Shown piece by piece: positions 36,541 to 45,008 of a stretch of DNA of 61,420 nt (the first letter of the stretch is position 1; each line of letters starts with the position of its first letter). Source of the stretch: Candidatus Kaiserbacteria bacterium RIFCSPLOWO2_12_FULL_50_10 (GTDB taxonomy: Bacteria; Patescibacteriota; Minisyncoccia; Phycocordibacterales; UBA918); the NCBI GenBank assembly GCA_001783515.1, contig MFMN01000003.1, positions 1 through 61,420 on the forward strand, read 5' to 3'. The notes beneath the pieces are model-generated. The model had not been told where the DNA came from. It ran no database searches and saw only the letters and a list, made by a program, of their open reading frames with translations. The translations under genes and the position numbers were made by a program.

Positions 36541-37635
36541 ATGCAGCGAATAAAAACTCTCATAGCGTGGGCAAAGAGTAATCAACATCACCTCCTCTCG
36601 GCGTCGTTTTTTGTGGGGTTTGTTATTGATAACCTTACCCTCAACCGTGTCGACAGTCAGGGTGACAACATTATTCTTGCAACCTATATGGTGCTGATGA
36701 TGTTCTCGACGCTTATGCTGTATGCAGCGCTCGCAACAAAACTGCCTGAACGTATCGTGCCGTTTTGTCGTGATTTCATGCCGTATGTTATGCAGTTTTC
36801 TTTTGGTGGTGTGCTCTCTGGCATGCTTATCTTCTATAGTCGTTCGGGCTCGTGGGAATCAAGCTGGCCGTTTCTCGTCATTATTGTCGGGGTTATTGCG
36901 GGCAATGAGCTTCTTTCGCGACGAGCTGAGCGACTTGTCTTTAACTTGTCGGTGCTTTTCATTGCGCTTTTCTCGTATACTGCGCTCATCATTCCGGTGC
37001 TCATTGGGCGCATGGGCGAAGTGGTGTTTGTAATTAGCAGCATCATTGCACTTGCTATCTTTGTGGCGTTTGTACAGACACTTATCGCTATTGTGCCGAA
37101 CTTTATTCGGCTCCATATCCGCACCATCGTTTTTTCGGTCGGCGGTATTTTCATGACTATGCAGTTTCTCTATTTTGCGAACCTCATTCCCCCAATTCCG
37201 CTTTCGCTCAAAGATATTGGTATCTATCACAACGTGGAGAAGACCCAAGATGGCAGCTATCTCTTAAGTTATGAAAAGCAGCCATGGTGGCAATTTTGGG
37301 ACCGACGCAAAAACACCTTTACCCCGAGCGAGGGGGCGTTCCCGTATTGCTATTCGTCAGTATTTGCACCAACAAAACTTTCAACGGCAATTGTGCATGA
37401 GTGGCAGTACTATGTCGATGCTGAAAAAGAATGGCAGTCGCGTAGCGTTGTTTCTTTTGCCATCGCGGGCGGTCGTGCAGAGGGGTATCGAGGGTATTCC
37501 TACAAGGAGACCTACGAACCAGGGAAGTGGCGCTGCCTGGTGCGGACGGAGCGCGGACAGACAATTGGCTATGTTACCTTCTTAATTCGAGAAGAAGCTA
37601 GCGCCGTGCCTCCGCTCGAAACGGTTATAAAATAG
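36541..37635 (+). CDS. Polytopic membrane protein with C-terminal DUF2914-like domain
   Basis: About 7 TM helices, then YYVDAEKEWQSRSVVSFAIAGGRAEGYRGYSYKETYEPGKWRCLVRTERGQTIGYVTF. The family call is from memory. Confidence 0.5.
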   Translation: MQRIKTLIAWAKSNQHHLLSASFFVGFVIDNLTLNRVDSQGDNIILATYMVLMMFSTLMLYAALATKLPERIVPFCRDFMPYVMQFSFGGVLSGMLIFYSRSGSWESSWPFLVIIVGVIAGNELLSRRAERLVFNLSVLFIALFSYTALIIPVLIGRMGEVVFVISSIIALAIFVAFVQTLIAIVPNFIRLHIRTIVFSVGGIFMTMQFLYFANLIPPIPLSLKDIGIYHNVEKTQDGSYLLSYEKQPWWQFWDRRKNTFTPSEGAFPYCYSSVFAPTKLSTAIVHEWQYYVDAEKEWQSRSVVSFAIAGGRAEGYRGYSYKETYEPGKWRCLVRTERGQTIGYVTFLIREEASAVPPLETVIK

Positions 37636-37730
37636 ATACCACAGCACATCGTTTGACAAGCAAGCGATGTGTTTTCTAGCTGGCCACCATTTTTGCGTTC
37701 TCGAGCAACCGCCCGTATACTAATGTGCAT

Positions 37731-39902
37731 ATGCAATCAATCATTCGCTTCGGAACGCTCGTTGGTATCTTCGCGGTACCGGCCGTTGTGTTCATTGTTT
37801 CGGAAACAATGTTCTTTCCCTACATTACCGGAAAGAACTTTACCTTCCGCATTTTGGTAGAAATTATTACCGCAGGGTGGGTAGTGCTTGCGCTCCTTGA
37901 TGCGCAGTATCGTCCGCGACGGTCGTGGATTCTCAGCGCATTCGCACTGCTTCTCGGTGCTATGTTTATTTCAGATGTGCTCTCGCCCGCGCCGCTAAAA
38001 AGCTTCATGAGTAACTTCGAACGCATGGATGGGTATGTTACCCTCGTGCACACCTTTCTCTACTTCCTTGTGACTGCAAGCATGCTGACAACCGAGAAGC
38101 TGTGGCAGCAGTTTTTTGGCTGGAATGTTGTGCTCGCTACCTTGCTCGCGGGGTACGGCATTTTGCAGGCATCCGGTCAGGCGGCGGTGAGCCAAGGGGC
38201 TTCGTGGCGTATTGATGGTACGCTCGGAAACTCGTCATACATGGCGGTGTACATGCTCTTTAGTGCTTGTATCGCGACAATGTACGCACTTAAGACGCAG
38301 GTGCCGGAGCGACGGTGGGCTGCGGGAGTGCTCGCACTTATTTTTGCAGCACTTATTTTCCAGACGGGTACTCGCGGCACAGTACTTGGGCTTCTTGCGG
38401 GCGGCGGCACTGCGGCGCTATTCCTTGCCGTGCGCGGCGCGAGCATGCCGCGTGTGCGAAAGGTGGCAAGTGGTGCGCTTATCCTCGGCGTACTGCTCGT
38501 TGGCTCCTTCGTGGCGCTGCGTGATACCGCACTGGTGCAAAACTCACCGACACTCGAGCGTCTCACGCATATTTCTCTCAGCGAAGGCGGCATCCGCTTC
38601 ACGAACTGGGGTATGGCATGGGAAGGAGTGAAAGAACGCCCGCTCTTTGGCTGGGGGCATGAAAGTTTCAACTACGTCTTCAACACCTACTACAACCCGG
38701 CAATGTACGGTGCCGAGGAGTGGTACGACCGCGCGCATAACATTGTCTTTGATTGGCTTGTGCAGGGTGGATTTATTGGGGCGACACTCTACTTCGGACT
38801 CATCGGTATCGCGCTCGCGCTCCTTATGCGGCGAACCTCTTCGGAAGAAACAGAAGAGGGCCTTCTCGTGCGTGCGCTTCTTGCCGGCCTTCTTGTCGCG
38901 TACACGGTCCACAACTTCTTTGTCTTCGACAACGTGGTAAGTTATATCTACTTTGCTCTTGTGCTCGCGTACATTCACAGGATGCATGCAGGGGAACCGT
39001 ACGTTCTGCCGAAGCTTGGTGAAGAAGCCTGGGCGCATGTTGCCGTTCCTGTTGGCGTGATACTCCTTGCGGGCGTGCTCTACGCCGTCAATGTGCCAGG
39101 AATTCGTACCGCGCAGGGGATTATTGATGCGCTTACGACAACAGACGGAACTGCGCGCATGGTTGAATTTGAGCGCGTTCTTACACTAGATTCATTCGGC
39201 AATCAGGAGGTTCGTGAACAACTCCTTCAATTTATTGCACAAGCCGCTCCTTCAGCGGCAAGCGAAGAAGCTCGAACGCAGCTCCTTGCTGTTGCAGAGC
39301 GAGAAATAAATGCACAGATTGCAGAGAAACCAGGCGATGCGCGCATCTATATCCTCGCGGGCGGTATGTATCGCTCTGTGGGCCTTCCTGCGGCGGCGCT
39401 ACAATACTATACTGAAGCACTCAAGCTGACACCCGAAAAAACATCGCTGAAGCATGATCTTGGGCTCACGTATATCTCACTCGGCGATACAGAGAAAGGA
39501 CTTGCATACCTACAGGACGCATACGAAAAGGACACCTCGAAAATGCGCGCACGTATGATCTATGCACTCGGTGCAATCCATGCAGGAAAAATGGAGCTCT
39601 ATGACGAACTTGTCGCAGGAGACGAAGCCCTTGCTGCTGCAGCGACGACCGATTTCCTCTACCAAGCACTGTACGGACAAAAAGAATTTGCGCGGGTGCA
39701 GGCGTTATATCGCGAGCGCATTGCGCTAGAACCCACCTCGTACGATGCACGAAAAAATTACGCGATTGTTGCGTACAACATGGGCAAGATTGTTGAAGCA
39801 ATCACGATACTTGAGATCGCGCGTGCGGAGATGTCACTTACGGACGCGCAGTCCGCAGAGATACAAACAATGATCGAGGAGTTACAGAAGGAAAAGAAAT
39901 AG
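37731..39902 (+). CDS. O-antigen ligase/polymerase (Wzy_C)-family membrane protein with C-terminal TPR repeats
   Basis: Many TM helices, FQTGTRGTVLGLLAGG and HNIVFDWLVQGGFIGATLYF motifs, and a TPR-like C-terminus. TATACT plus 9 nt precedes the ATG. Confidence 0.65.
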   Translation: MQSIIRFGTLVGIFAVPAVVFIVSETMFFPYITGKNFTFRILVEIITAGWVVLALLDAQYRPRRSWILSAFALLLGAMFISDVLSPAPLKSFMSNFERMDGYVTLVHTFLYFLVTASMLTTEKLWQQFFGWNVVLATLLAGYGILQASGQAAVSQGASWRIDGTLGNSSYMAVYMLFSACIATMYALKTQVPERRWAAGVLALIFAALIFQTGTRGTVLGLLAGGGTAALFLAVRGASMPRVRKVASGALILGVLLVGSFVALRDTALVQNSPTLERLTHISLSEGGIRFTNWGMAWEGVKERPLFGWGHESFNYVFNTYYNPAMYGAEEWYDRAHNIVFDWLVQGGFIGATLYFGLIGIALALLMRRTSSEETEEGLLVRALLAGLLVAYTVHNFFVFDNVVSYIYFALVLAYIHRMHAGEPYVLPKLGEEAWAHVAVPVGVILLAGVLYAVNVPGIRTAQGIIDALTTTDGTARMVEFERVLTLDSFGNQEVREQLLQFIAQAAPSAASEEARTQLLAVAEREINAQIAEKPGDARIYILAGGMYRSVGLPAAALQYYTEALKLTPEKTSLKHDLGLTYISLGDTEKGLAYLQDAYEKDTSKMRARMIYALGAIHAGKMELYDELVAGDEALAAAATTDFLYQALYGQKEFARVQALYRERIALEPTSYDARKNYAIVAYNMGKIVEAITILEIARAEMSLTDAQSAEIQTMIEELQKEKK

Positions 39903-39903
39903 T

Positions 39904-40953
39904 ATGCAGCATATCGAACTAAGCGCGCACGAAGCGCGCTTCATTCGTGCACAGGTGCCGCTTGCGCCGTACACGACATTTAAGATTGGTGGCACCGCAG
40001 ATTTCTTTGCGGAAGTAACAACACTCGATGAACTTCGTGATGCGCTCCGCTTTGCTAAAAACAATAATTTGAAAACCTTCGTGCTTGGCGGTGGCTCAAA
40101 TCTCCTTATTGCCGACGAGGGGTTTCGAGGACTTGTTGTGCATATGGCAATTCGCGGGATTGTGTATGAGGAACATGGGGGAAAGGTTCTCGTAACGGTT
40201 GGTGCAGGCGAAAAACTTGATGACGTTATTCAAGCTGCAGTGGAAAACAATCTTTGGGGTATTGAAAATCTCAGTGCTATTCCAGGAAGTATAGGAGGCG
40301 CTGCGGTGCAAAATGCTGGCGCATATGGTGTTGAGTTGTCGAGCGTTGTGGATTCAATTACCGTGTATGATACGCAGGAGAAACGCACCAGTGTGCGCTC
40401 CCACGATGAGTGTGCGTACGACTATCGTGAGAGTTTCTTTAAAAGAGAAGAGGGGAAGCATCTTATTCTCACACACGTAACGCTCGCTCTGTCTCGCGCA
40501 GGAGCACCGCAGCTAAGCTATAAAGACCTTGCGGTGGCATTCTCAGAACACACGCCGTCACTGCAAGAAATTCGAGATGCCTTGATTGCCATACGTGCCA
40601 AAAAATTTCCTAATCTTGCGCAGTACGGTACTGCGGGATCGTTCTTTAAAAATCCTGTCATAGCAAAAGAAAGCTATGACGCACTGCAGGAAAAATACCC
40701 GCAGCTGCCGGGGTATGTACTCGAAGGCGCTCGGGTAAAAATTCCCATCGCGTGGATTCTCGATAACGTACTCAAGCTGCGTGGTGTACGAGCCGCCCGT
40801 GTTGGCGCGTGGGAAGCGCAGCCGCTCGTGCTCACAAACTATGGCAGTGCCACAGCGGAAGAGGTTGATGTATTCGCACGGTCTATTGCACAAGCGGTAA
40901 AAGAACATACAGACATCGACATTGAAAGAGAAGTTATTGCCGTTCATGCGTAA
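39904..40953 (+). CDS. murB: UDP-N-acetylenolpyruvoylglucosamine reductase
   Basis: PLAPYTTFKIGGTADFFAEV, VLGGGSNLLI and the rest of the MurB FAD-binding fold. Confidence 0.9.
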   Translation: MQHIELSAHEARFIRAQVPLAPYTTFKIGGTADFFAEVTTLDELRDALRFAKNNNLKTFVLGGGSNLLIADEGFRGLVVHMAIRGIVYEEHGGKVLVTVGAGEKLDDVIQAAVENNLWGIENLSAIPGSIGGAAVQNAGAYGVELSSVVDSITVYDTQEKRTSVRSHDECAYDYRESFFKREEGKHLILTHVTLALSRAGAPQLSYKDLAVAFSEHTPSLQEIRDALIAIRAKKFPNLAQYGTAGSFFKNPVIAKESYDALQEKYPQLPGYVLEGARVKIPIAWILDNVLKLRGVRAARVGAWEAQPLVLTNYGSATAEEVDVFARSIAQAVKEHTDIDIEREVIAVHA

Positions 40954-41082
40954 CTTGTTACCAATACGATGTGTGAGTTATCCACAGGTTGACGTTTTGT
41001 TTTTTTTCAAAGTGACCGCATACTAATCTGAAGCAGACACACTCTGCGGTCGAGATTATAAACATGTTAACTATACGTTCCC

Positions 41083-41268
41083 ATGGTAATGAAGAAGCCA
41101 GCAGCTAAGAAGGTTGCAAAGAAGGCACCAGCGAAGAAGGTTGCGAAGAAGGTTGTTGCAAAGAAGGCACCAGCTAAGAAAGTAGCCAAGAAAGTAGCTA
41201 AGAAGGTTGTCAAGAAAGTAGCCAAGAAGGTTGCAAAGAAGACTGCGAAGAAGACCGCAAAGAAGTAG
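41083..41268 (+). CDS. Lys/Ala-rich histone H1-like basic protein (61 aa)
   Basis: MVMKKPAAKKVAKKAPAKKVAKKVVAKKAPAKKVAKKVAKKVVKKVAKKVAKKTAKKTAKK. TATACG plus 5 nt precedes the ATG. Confidence 0.55.
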   Translation: MVMKKPAAKKVAKKAPAKKVAKKVVAKKAPAKKVAKKVAKKVVKKVAKKVAKKTAKKTAKK

Positions 41269-41339
41269 TCTTCGGACCCAAGAAAACATTACGGTTGCTC
41301 TAGCGTAGTGTTTTTTCTTTGCGCAGGGGAGAGTGCGCA

Positions 41340-41348
41340 TGGTATACT
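41340..41348 (+). promoter_or_regulatory. Extended -10 box TGGTATACT, 7 nt upstream of dnaX ATG
   Basis: The sequence reads tggtatact, cgagggc, then ATG (41356). Confidence 0.6.
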
Positions 41349-41355
41349 CGAGGGC

Positions 41356-42366
41356 ATGGAACATACACTCTATCGAAAATACCGCCCGCAACACTTCACG
41401 GATGTTCGCTCGCAGGATCATGTCGTGCAGGTGCTGCAGGCGTCGATTGCGCAAGGCGCTGTCCCGCACGCGCTTCTCTTTGTAGGTACTCGCGGGACGG
41501 GTAAAACAACCCTTGCGCGTATTTTTGCGCGTGAGCTCGGTGTTGCTGATGAAGATCTCTATGAACTCGACGCTGCATCCAATAACTCTGTAGAAAACAT
41601 TCGTGACCTCAATGAGGCGGTCGTTGCGCTCCCGTTTCTTTCACCGTACAAGGTGTATATCCTTGACGAAGTGCATATGCTTTCGAAGAGTGCCTGGAAT
41701 GCATTTTTGAAAACGCTTGAGGAGCCACCGCGTCATGTGGTGTTCATCATGGCGACCACAGAGCTTGAGAAAGTTCCCGAGACCGTCCTTTCGCGGTGTC
41801 AGGTGTTTGCCTTGCATGAACCAGACCGTGCGGCAATCGCAGCGCTTATTCTGCATGTGTTTGAACGTGAAGGGGTTACTCTTCCGCAGGAAGTTGCGGA
41901 CACCATTGCGATTGCGGCAAACGGTTCGTATCGCGACGCACTCTCTATTGCGCAAAACGTACTCCTTATGGCTAAGGATGGCGCAGTGACCGCAGAGGAC
42001 GCAGCGAGCATTATTGGTGCGCCAACGAGCGCGCTGGTGCAGGATATGCTTGCGGCGCTTGGGCAAGGCGACGCTAAGACCGCGCTCGCGGCGCTTACTC
42101 GTGTGCCTGCACAGACCGCGAGTATCGATATGTGTGCAACGCTTCTCATTGAACGGGTACGTGCGGTCATGCTTTTGCGCGCAACAAAAAACGATGACTA
42201 TGTGCTCTCCTATGGCGAGGAAGCTCCAGCACTGCGTGCACTCGTGGGTAATGCTCGGGTAAATTCACAGATGCTGCAGAGACTTCTTGAGGCACGGCAA
42301 GGCATTGGCGCAGCCTCAATCCCGTCGATTGCACTCGAATGTGCGTTTGTTGAGTTATGCGCGTAA
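41356..42366 (+). CDS. dnaX: DNA polymerase III subunit gamma/tau, short form (336 aa, domains I-III only)
   Basis: LYRKYRPQHFTDV, GTRGTGKTT, YILDEVHMLS and SRCQVF are clamp-loader motifs. Confidence 0.9.
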   Translation: MEHTLYRKYRPQHFTDVRSQDHVVQVLQASIAQGAVPHALLFVGTRGTGKTTLARIFARELGVADEDLYELDAASNNSVENIRDLNEAVVALPFLSPYKVYILDEVHMLSKSAWNAFLKTLEEPPRHVVFIMATTELEKVPETVLSRCQVFALHEPDRAAIAALILHVFEREGVTLPQEVADTIAIAANGSYRDALSIAQNVLLMAKDGAVTAEDAASIIGAPTSALVQDMLAALGQGDAKTALAALTRVPAQTASIDMCATLLIERVRAVMLLRATKNDDYVLSYGEEAPALRALVGNARVNSQMLQRLLEARQGIGAASIPSIALECAFVELCA

Positions 42367-42986
42367 TACTGGTTCGACACGGGAAGACAGGACTTGGTGC
42401 AGCGCGACGCTTTCAGTCTGCAAATACGCCACTCTCGGAAGAGGGGCTTATGCGTGTAGAGGCGTGCGCCACCGAGCTCGCTCACGAGCCTGTAACGAAG
42501 GTATATACAAGCACCTATGAACGCGCTGTCGAAACGGCGCAGCGCATTGCACGAAAGCATCAGTGTGTCCCGGAAGAGCATGCGCTTTTTACAGAAAAAT
42601 ATAACGGCACGAAGGTTATCGGGCGCTCATATTTCTCACTGCCATTCCTGGCACTCGCAGGTGCGACGATAGGGCATCTTTTTGTGCGTCGAGTACGGTA
42701 TGGTGATGAAGAAACCTTAGACGAACTCGGGCATCGTGTCCATGAAGCGAAGCTCTTTCTCGAGGCGCATGCAGCGCATGAGGAGGGAATTGTCGTCGTC
42801 TCACACGCCATGTGGATAGCAACATTTCTCGCACAGGTAGACGCGCAGGCTCCTTCGAGGATATGGCGCTATGTCACGGTGGTGCTGCGCGGCCTTTTCA
42901 TGCGAAATACGCAGCGATATACGTTCGAGTATGATATTACGCGTAAAGTTTGGAATAGAGTAATTTCATGTAACGCAAAGGAATAA
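42357..42986 (+). CDS. Histidine phosphatase family protein (phosphoglycerate mutase-like)
   Basis: MRVILVRHGKT.. RHG motif. It overlaps the dnaX end by 10 nt. Confidence 0.7.
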   Translation: MRVILVRHGKTGLGAARRFQSANTPLSEEGLMRVEACATELAHEPVTKVYTSTYERAVETAQRIARKHQCVPEEHALFTEKYNGTKVIGRSYFSLPFLALAGATIGHLFVRRVRYGDEETLDELGHRVHEAKLFLEAHAAHEEGIVVVSHAMWIATFLAQVDAQAPSRIWRYVTVVLRGLFMRNTQRYTFEYDITRKVWNRVISCNAKE

Positions 42987-43049
42987 TTTTATCTTCTCTT
43001 TATCTCGGTTCGTGCATACTACGAAGTATTATCATCGAATAATAAGACC

Positions 43050-43178
43050 ATGAGTGACTATAAAGAGTACCGTTGTGATTGCCATAAATTGCTTTTTCGT
43101 GGCGACCTCAGCGGAGAATCATCCGTTGAAGTGAAATGTAAACGATGCGGCTCAGTAAATACCTATAAGGCATCGTAG
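43050..43178 (+). CDS. Com-like zinc-ribbon small protein (42 aa), not in ORF track
   Basis: MSDYKEYRCDCHKLLFRGDLSGESSVEVKCKRCGSVNTYKAS. The CxC...CxxC spacing and KLLF..VEVKCKRC pattern resemble Mu Com-family proteins. Confidence 0.5.
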   Translation: MSDYKEYRCDCHKLLFRGDLSGESSVEVKCKRCGSVNTYKAS

Positions 43179-43190
43179 GAGGATTATAGA

Positions 43191-43216
43191 AAAACCGCTC
43201 TAGGTAGCGGTTTTTG
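43191..43216. terminator. Bidirectional terminator hairpin
   Basis: AAAAACCGCT-CTAGGT-AGCGGTTTTT. Confidence 0.75.
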
Positions 43217-43218
43217 CA

Positions 43219-43758
43219 TTAGTCTGCATCGTTTGCAGACGTGTAGACATCTTGAATGTCGGGGTGATCTTCAAGAAGGTCTATGAGTTCACCAAGTTTT
43301 TCTGCGTCGTCGTCAGAGAGATCGATTGGCATTGTTGCGACATAGCCGTCATCACTTTTTTGGAATGCCCACGAGCTACTCCCGGGCGTGCCGAGCGCAT
43401 AGCCATTCTTGCTCAGGAGATGACGGATTTCTTGCGAGGTTCGGTTCGTGTTGTCGGTAAAGCCGGTGATAAGAAGTGCGACGCCGCCTGGGCCGAATGT
43501 TTCGTAAAGTACGGGCTCAATAGACGCGCCTCCCGCGCCGGTGCCCTTTGCGACGGCACGGTCGATGTTTTCTTTTGGCATGTTGTCGCGCTTTGCCCTG
43601 TCGATAGCTGTTGCAAGGGAGGGTGACGCGAGATTGCCTGCAGCTTCCCGTGATGCAATCGCAATGAGAGCTGCGTGCTTTGAGAAAATCTTACTGCGCT
43701 TGGCGTCGGTGGCGCCTTTTTGGCGCTTAATTTGACTCCACTTATTATGTCCTGACAT
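43219..43758 (-). CDS. YebC/PmpR-family transcriptional regulator, short form (179 aa)
   Basis: MSGHNKWSQIKRQKGATDAKRSKIFSK is the family N-terminus. It is about 60 aa shorter than the usual ~240 aa. Confidence 0.8.
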   Translation of the reverse strand: MSGHNKWSQIKRQKGATDAKRSKIFSKHAALIAIASREAAGNLASPSLATAIDRAKRDNMPKENIDRAVAKGTGAGGASIEPVLYETFGPGGVALLITGFTDNTNRTSQEIRHLLSKNGYALGTPGSSSWAFQKSDDGYVATMPIDLSDDDAEKLGELIDLLEDHPDIQDVYTSANDAD

Positions 43759-43795
43759 GATTATTTTTAAATTAATGCACTATACTCAAAGACTT

Positions 43796-43956
43796 GTCAT
43801 CCTCGGGGTCTACGAAAGTAAGGAGGCTTTGCCGACTATACTTTCATGACAGCCGGGGATCCAGGCTGACAAGCATTGCTCTTAATCCTGGATCCCCGGT
43901 TCAGTTGAAAATACAGTCGGCAAAGCCTCCTTATTTTCATACTGCCCGAGGATGAC
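43796..43956. repeat. Family-2-related 161-nt nested palindrome
   Basis: Arm pairs: GTCATCCTCGGG/CCCGAGGATGAC, AAGGAGGCTTTGCCGACT/AGTCGGCAAAGCCTCCTT (18 bp), and CCGGGGATCCAGG/CCTGGATCCCCGG (13 bp). Confidence 0.8.
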
Positions 43957-43968
43957 AAAAACCTGGAG

Positions 43969-44949
43969 TTAGCTGTTAAGTTCTGATAAATGTTTCTGTG
44001 CATCCGCAGTGGCGATGCGGCCTCTTGGGGTGCGTTCGAGGAAGCCTTCGCGGATGAGGTAGGGTTCGAGCACGTCTTCGACCGTTGACTCTTCTTCGCC
44101 TGTTGCTGCAGCGATCGTGTTGAGTCCGACGGGGCCGCCGCGGAACTTGTGGATAATTGCCTCAAGCACACGGCGGTCAGGGGCGTGGAGCCCGCGGTGA
44201 TCGATTTCAAGAAGGGCAAAGGTGCGGTCGACAATGTCATTCGTGATGGCGCTTCCGTCAAGTTGTGCTAAGTCGCGGCAGCGCTTCAAGAGATAGTTTG
44301 CGGTACGTGGCGTTGAACGGCAGCGGGTCGCAATAGAAGAGAGGACGCCGTTGGCAAGCTCTGTTTCGAGAAGATGTGCGGAGCGTTCGAGGATAGCAGC
44401 AATCTCGTCGTCAGTATAAAACTCGAGTCGGAATGTGCCACCAGAGAAGCGAGAGCGCAGCGGACTTGACAATAATGACATTCGTGTTGTTGCCGCAACG
44501 AGGGTAAAGGGGGGGAGCTCGAGTTGTACCGTTCTCGCAGAGGGTCCCTTACCGATGATAATGTCGAGCACACCAGATTCCATTGCGGGGTAGAGTACCT
44601 CCTCGATTGATTTTGAGAGTCGGTGGATTTCATCAATGAAGAGGACGTCGCCAGGGGAAAGATTGGTGAGGATTGCCGCAAGGTCGCCGACGCGTTCAAT
44701 GGCGGGGCCAGAGGTTGTTTTCATGTTGGTGCCGAGCGTGCGCGCAATGAGGTTCGCTAACGTTGTTTTCCCGAGCCCGGGAGGACCGTAGAGCAAGATA
44801 TGCTCCGCGGCGTGTCCGCGTTCGCGAGCAGCGGTGAGCAAAATGCGGAGGTTTTCCTTAATTTTTGCTTGCCCAATATACTCATCCCACTCCTTAGGGC
44901 GAAGTGTTTGGTCGAGGTTGGACGCTTGGTCTTTGGTAAACGTTGCCAT
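43969..44949 (-). CDS. ruvB: Holliday junction branch migration helicase RuvB
   Basis: [32 protein letters not shown] and the RuvB C-terminal winged helix. Confidence 0.95.
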   Translation of the reverse strand: MATFTKDQASNLDQTLRPKEWDEYIGQAKIKENLRILLTAARERGHAAEHILLYGPPGLGKTTLANLIARTLGTNMKTTSGPAIERVGDLAAILTNLSPGDVLFIDEIHRLSKSIEEVLYPAMESGVLDIIIGKGPSARTVQLELPPFTLVAATTRMSLLSSPLRSRFSGGTFRLEFYTDDEIAAILERSAHLLETELANGVLSSIATRCRSTPRTANYLLKRCRDLAQLDGSAITNDIVDRTFALLEIDHRGLHAPDRRVLEAIIHKFRGGPVGLNTIAAATGEEESTVEDVLEPYLIREGFLERTPRGRIATADAQKHLSELNS

Positions 44950-45008
44950 AGGAGCAGTGTAGCATAATGCATATCGTTTCGCACATTCGTGGTATACTTT
45001 CGGGTAGT

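Noticed and set aside
41071-41469. 132-aa minus-strand ORF (Leu/Cys/Arg repeats) overlapping the Lys-rich gene and the dnaX start
   Set aside because: It is the mirror-image frame of the AAGAAGGTTGC repeats. It overlaps the dnaX promoter and start. The plus-strand reading has a -10 box and gives a plausible basic protein.
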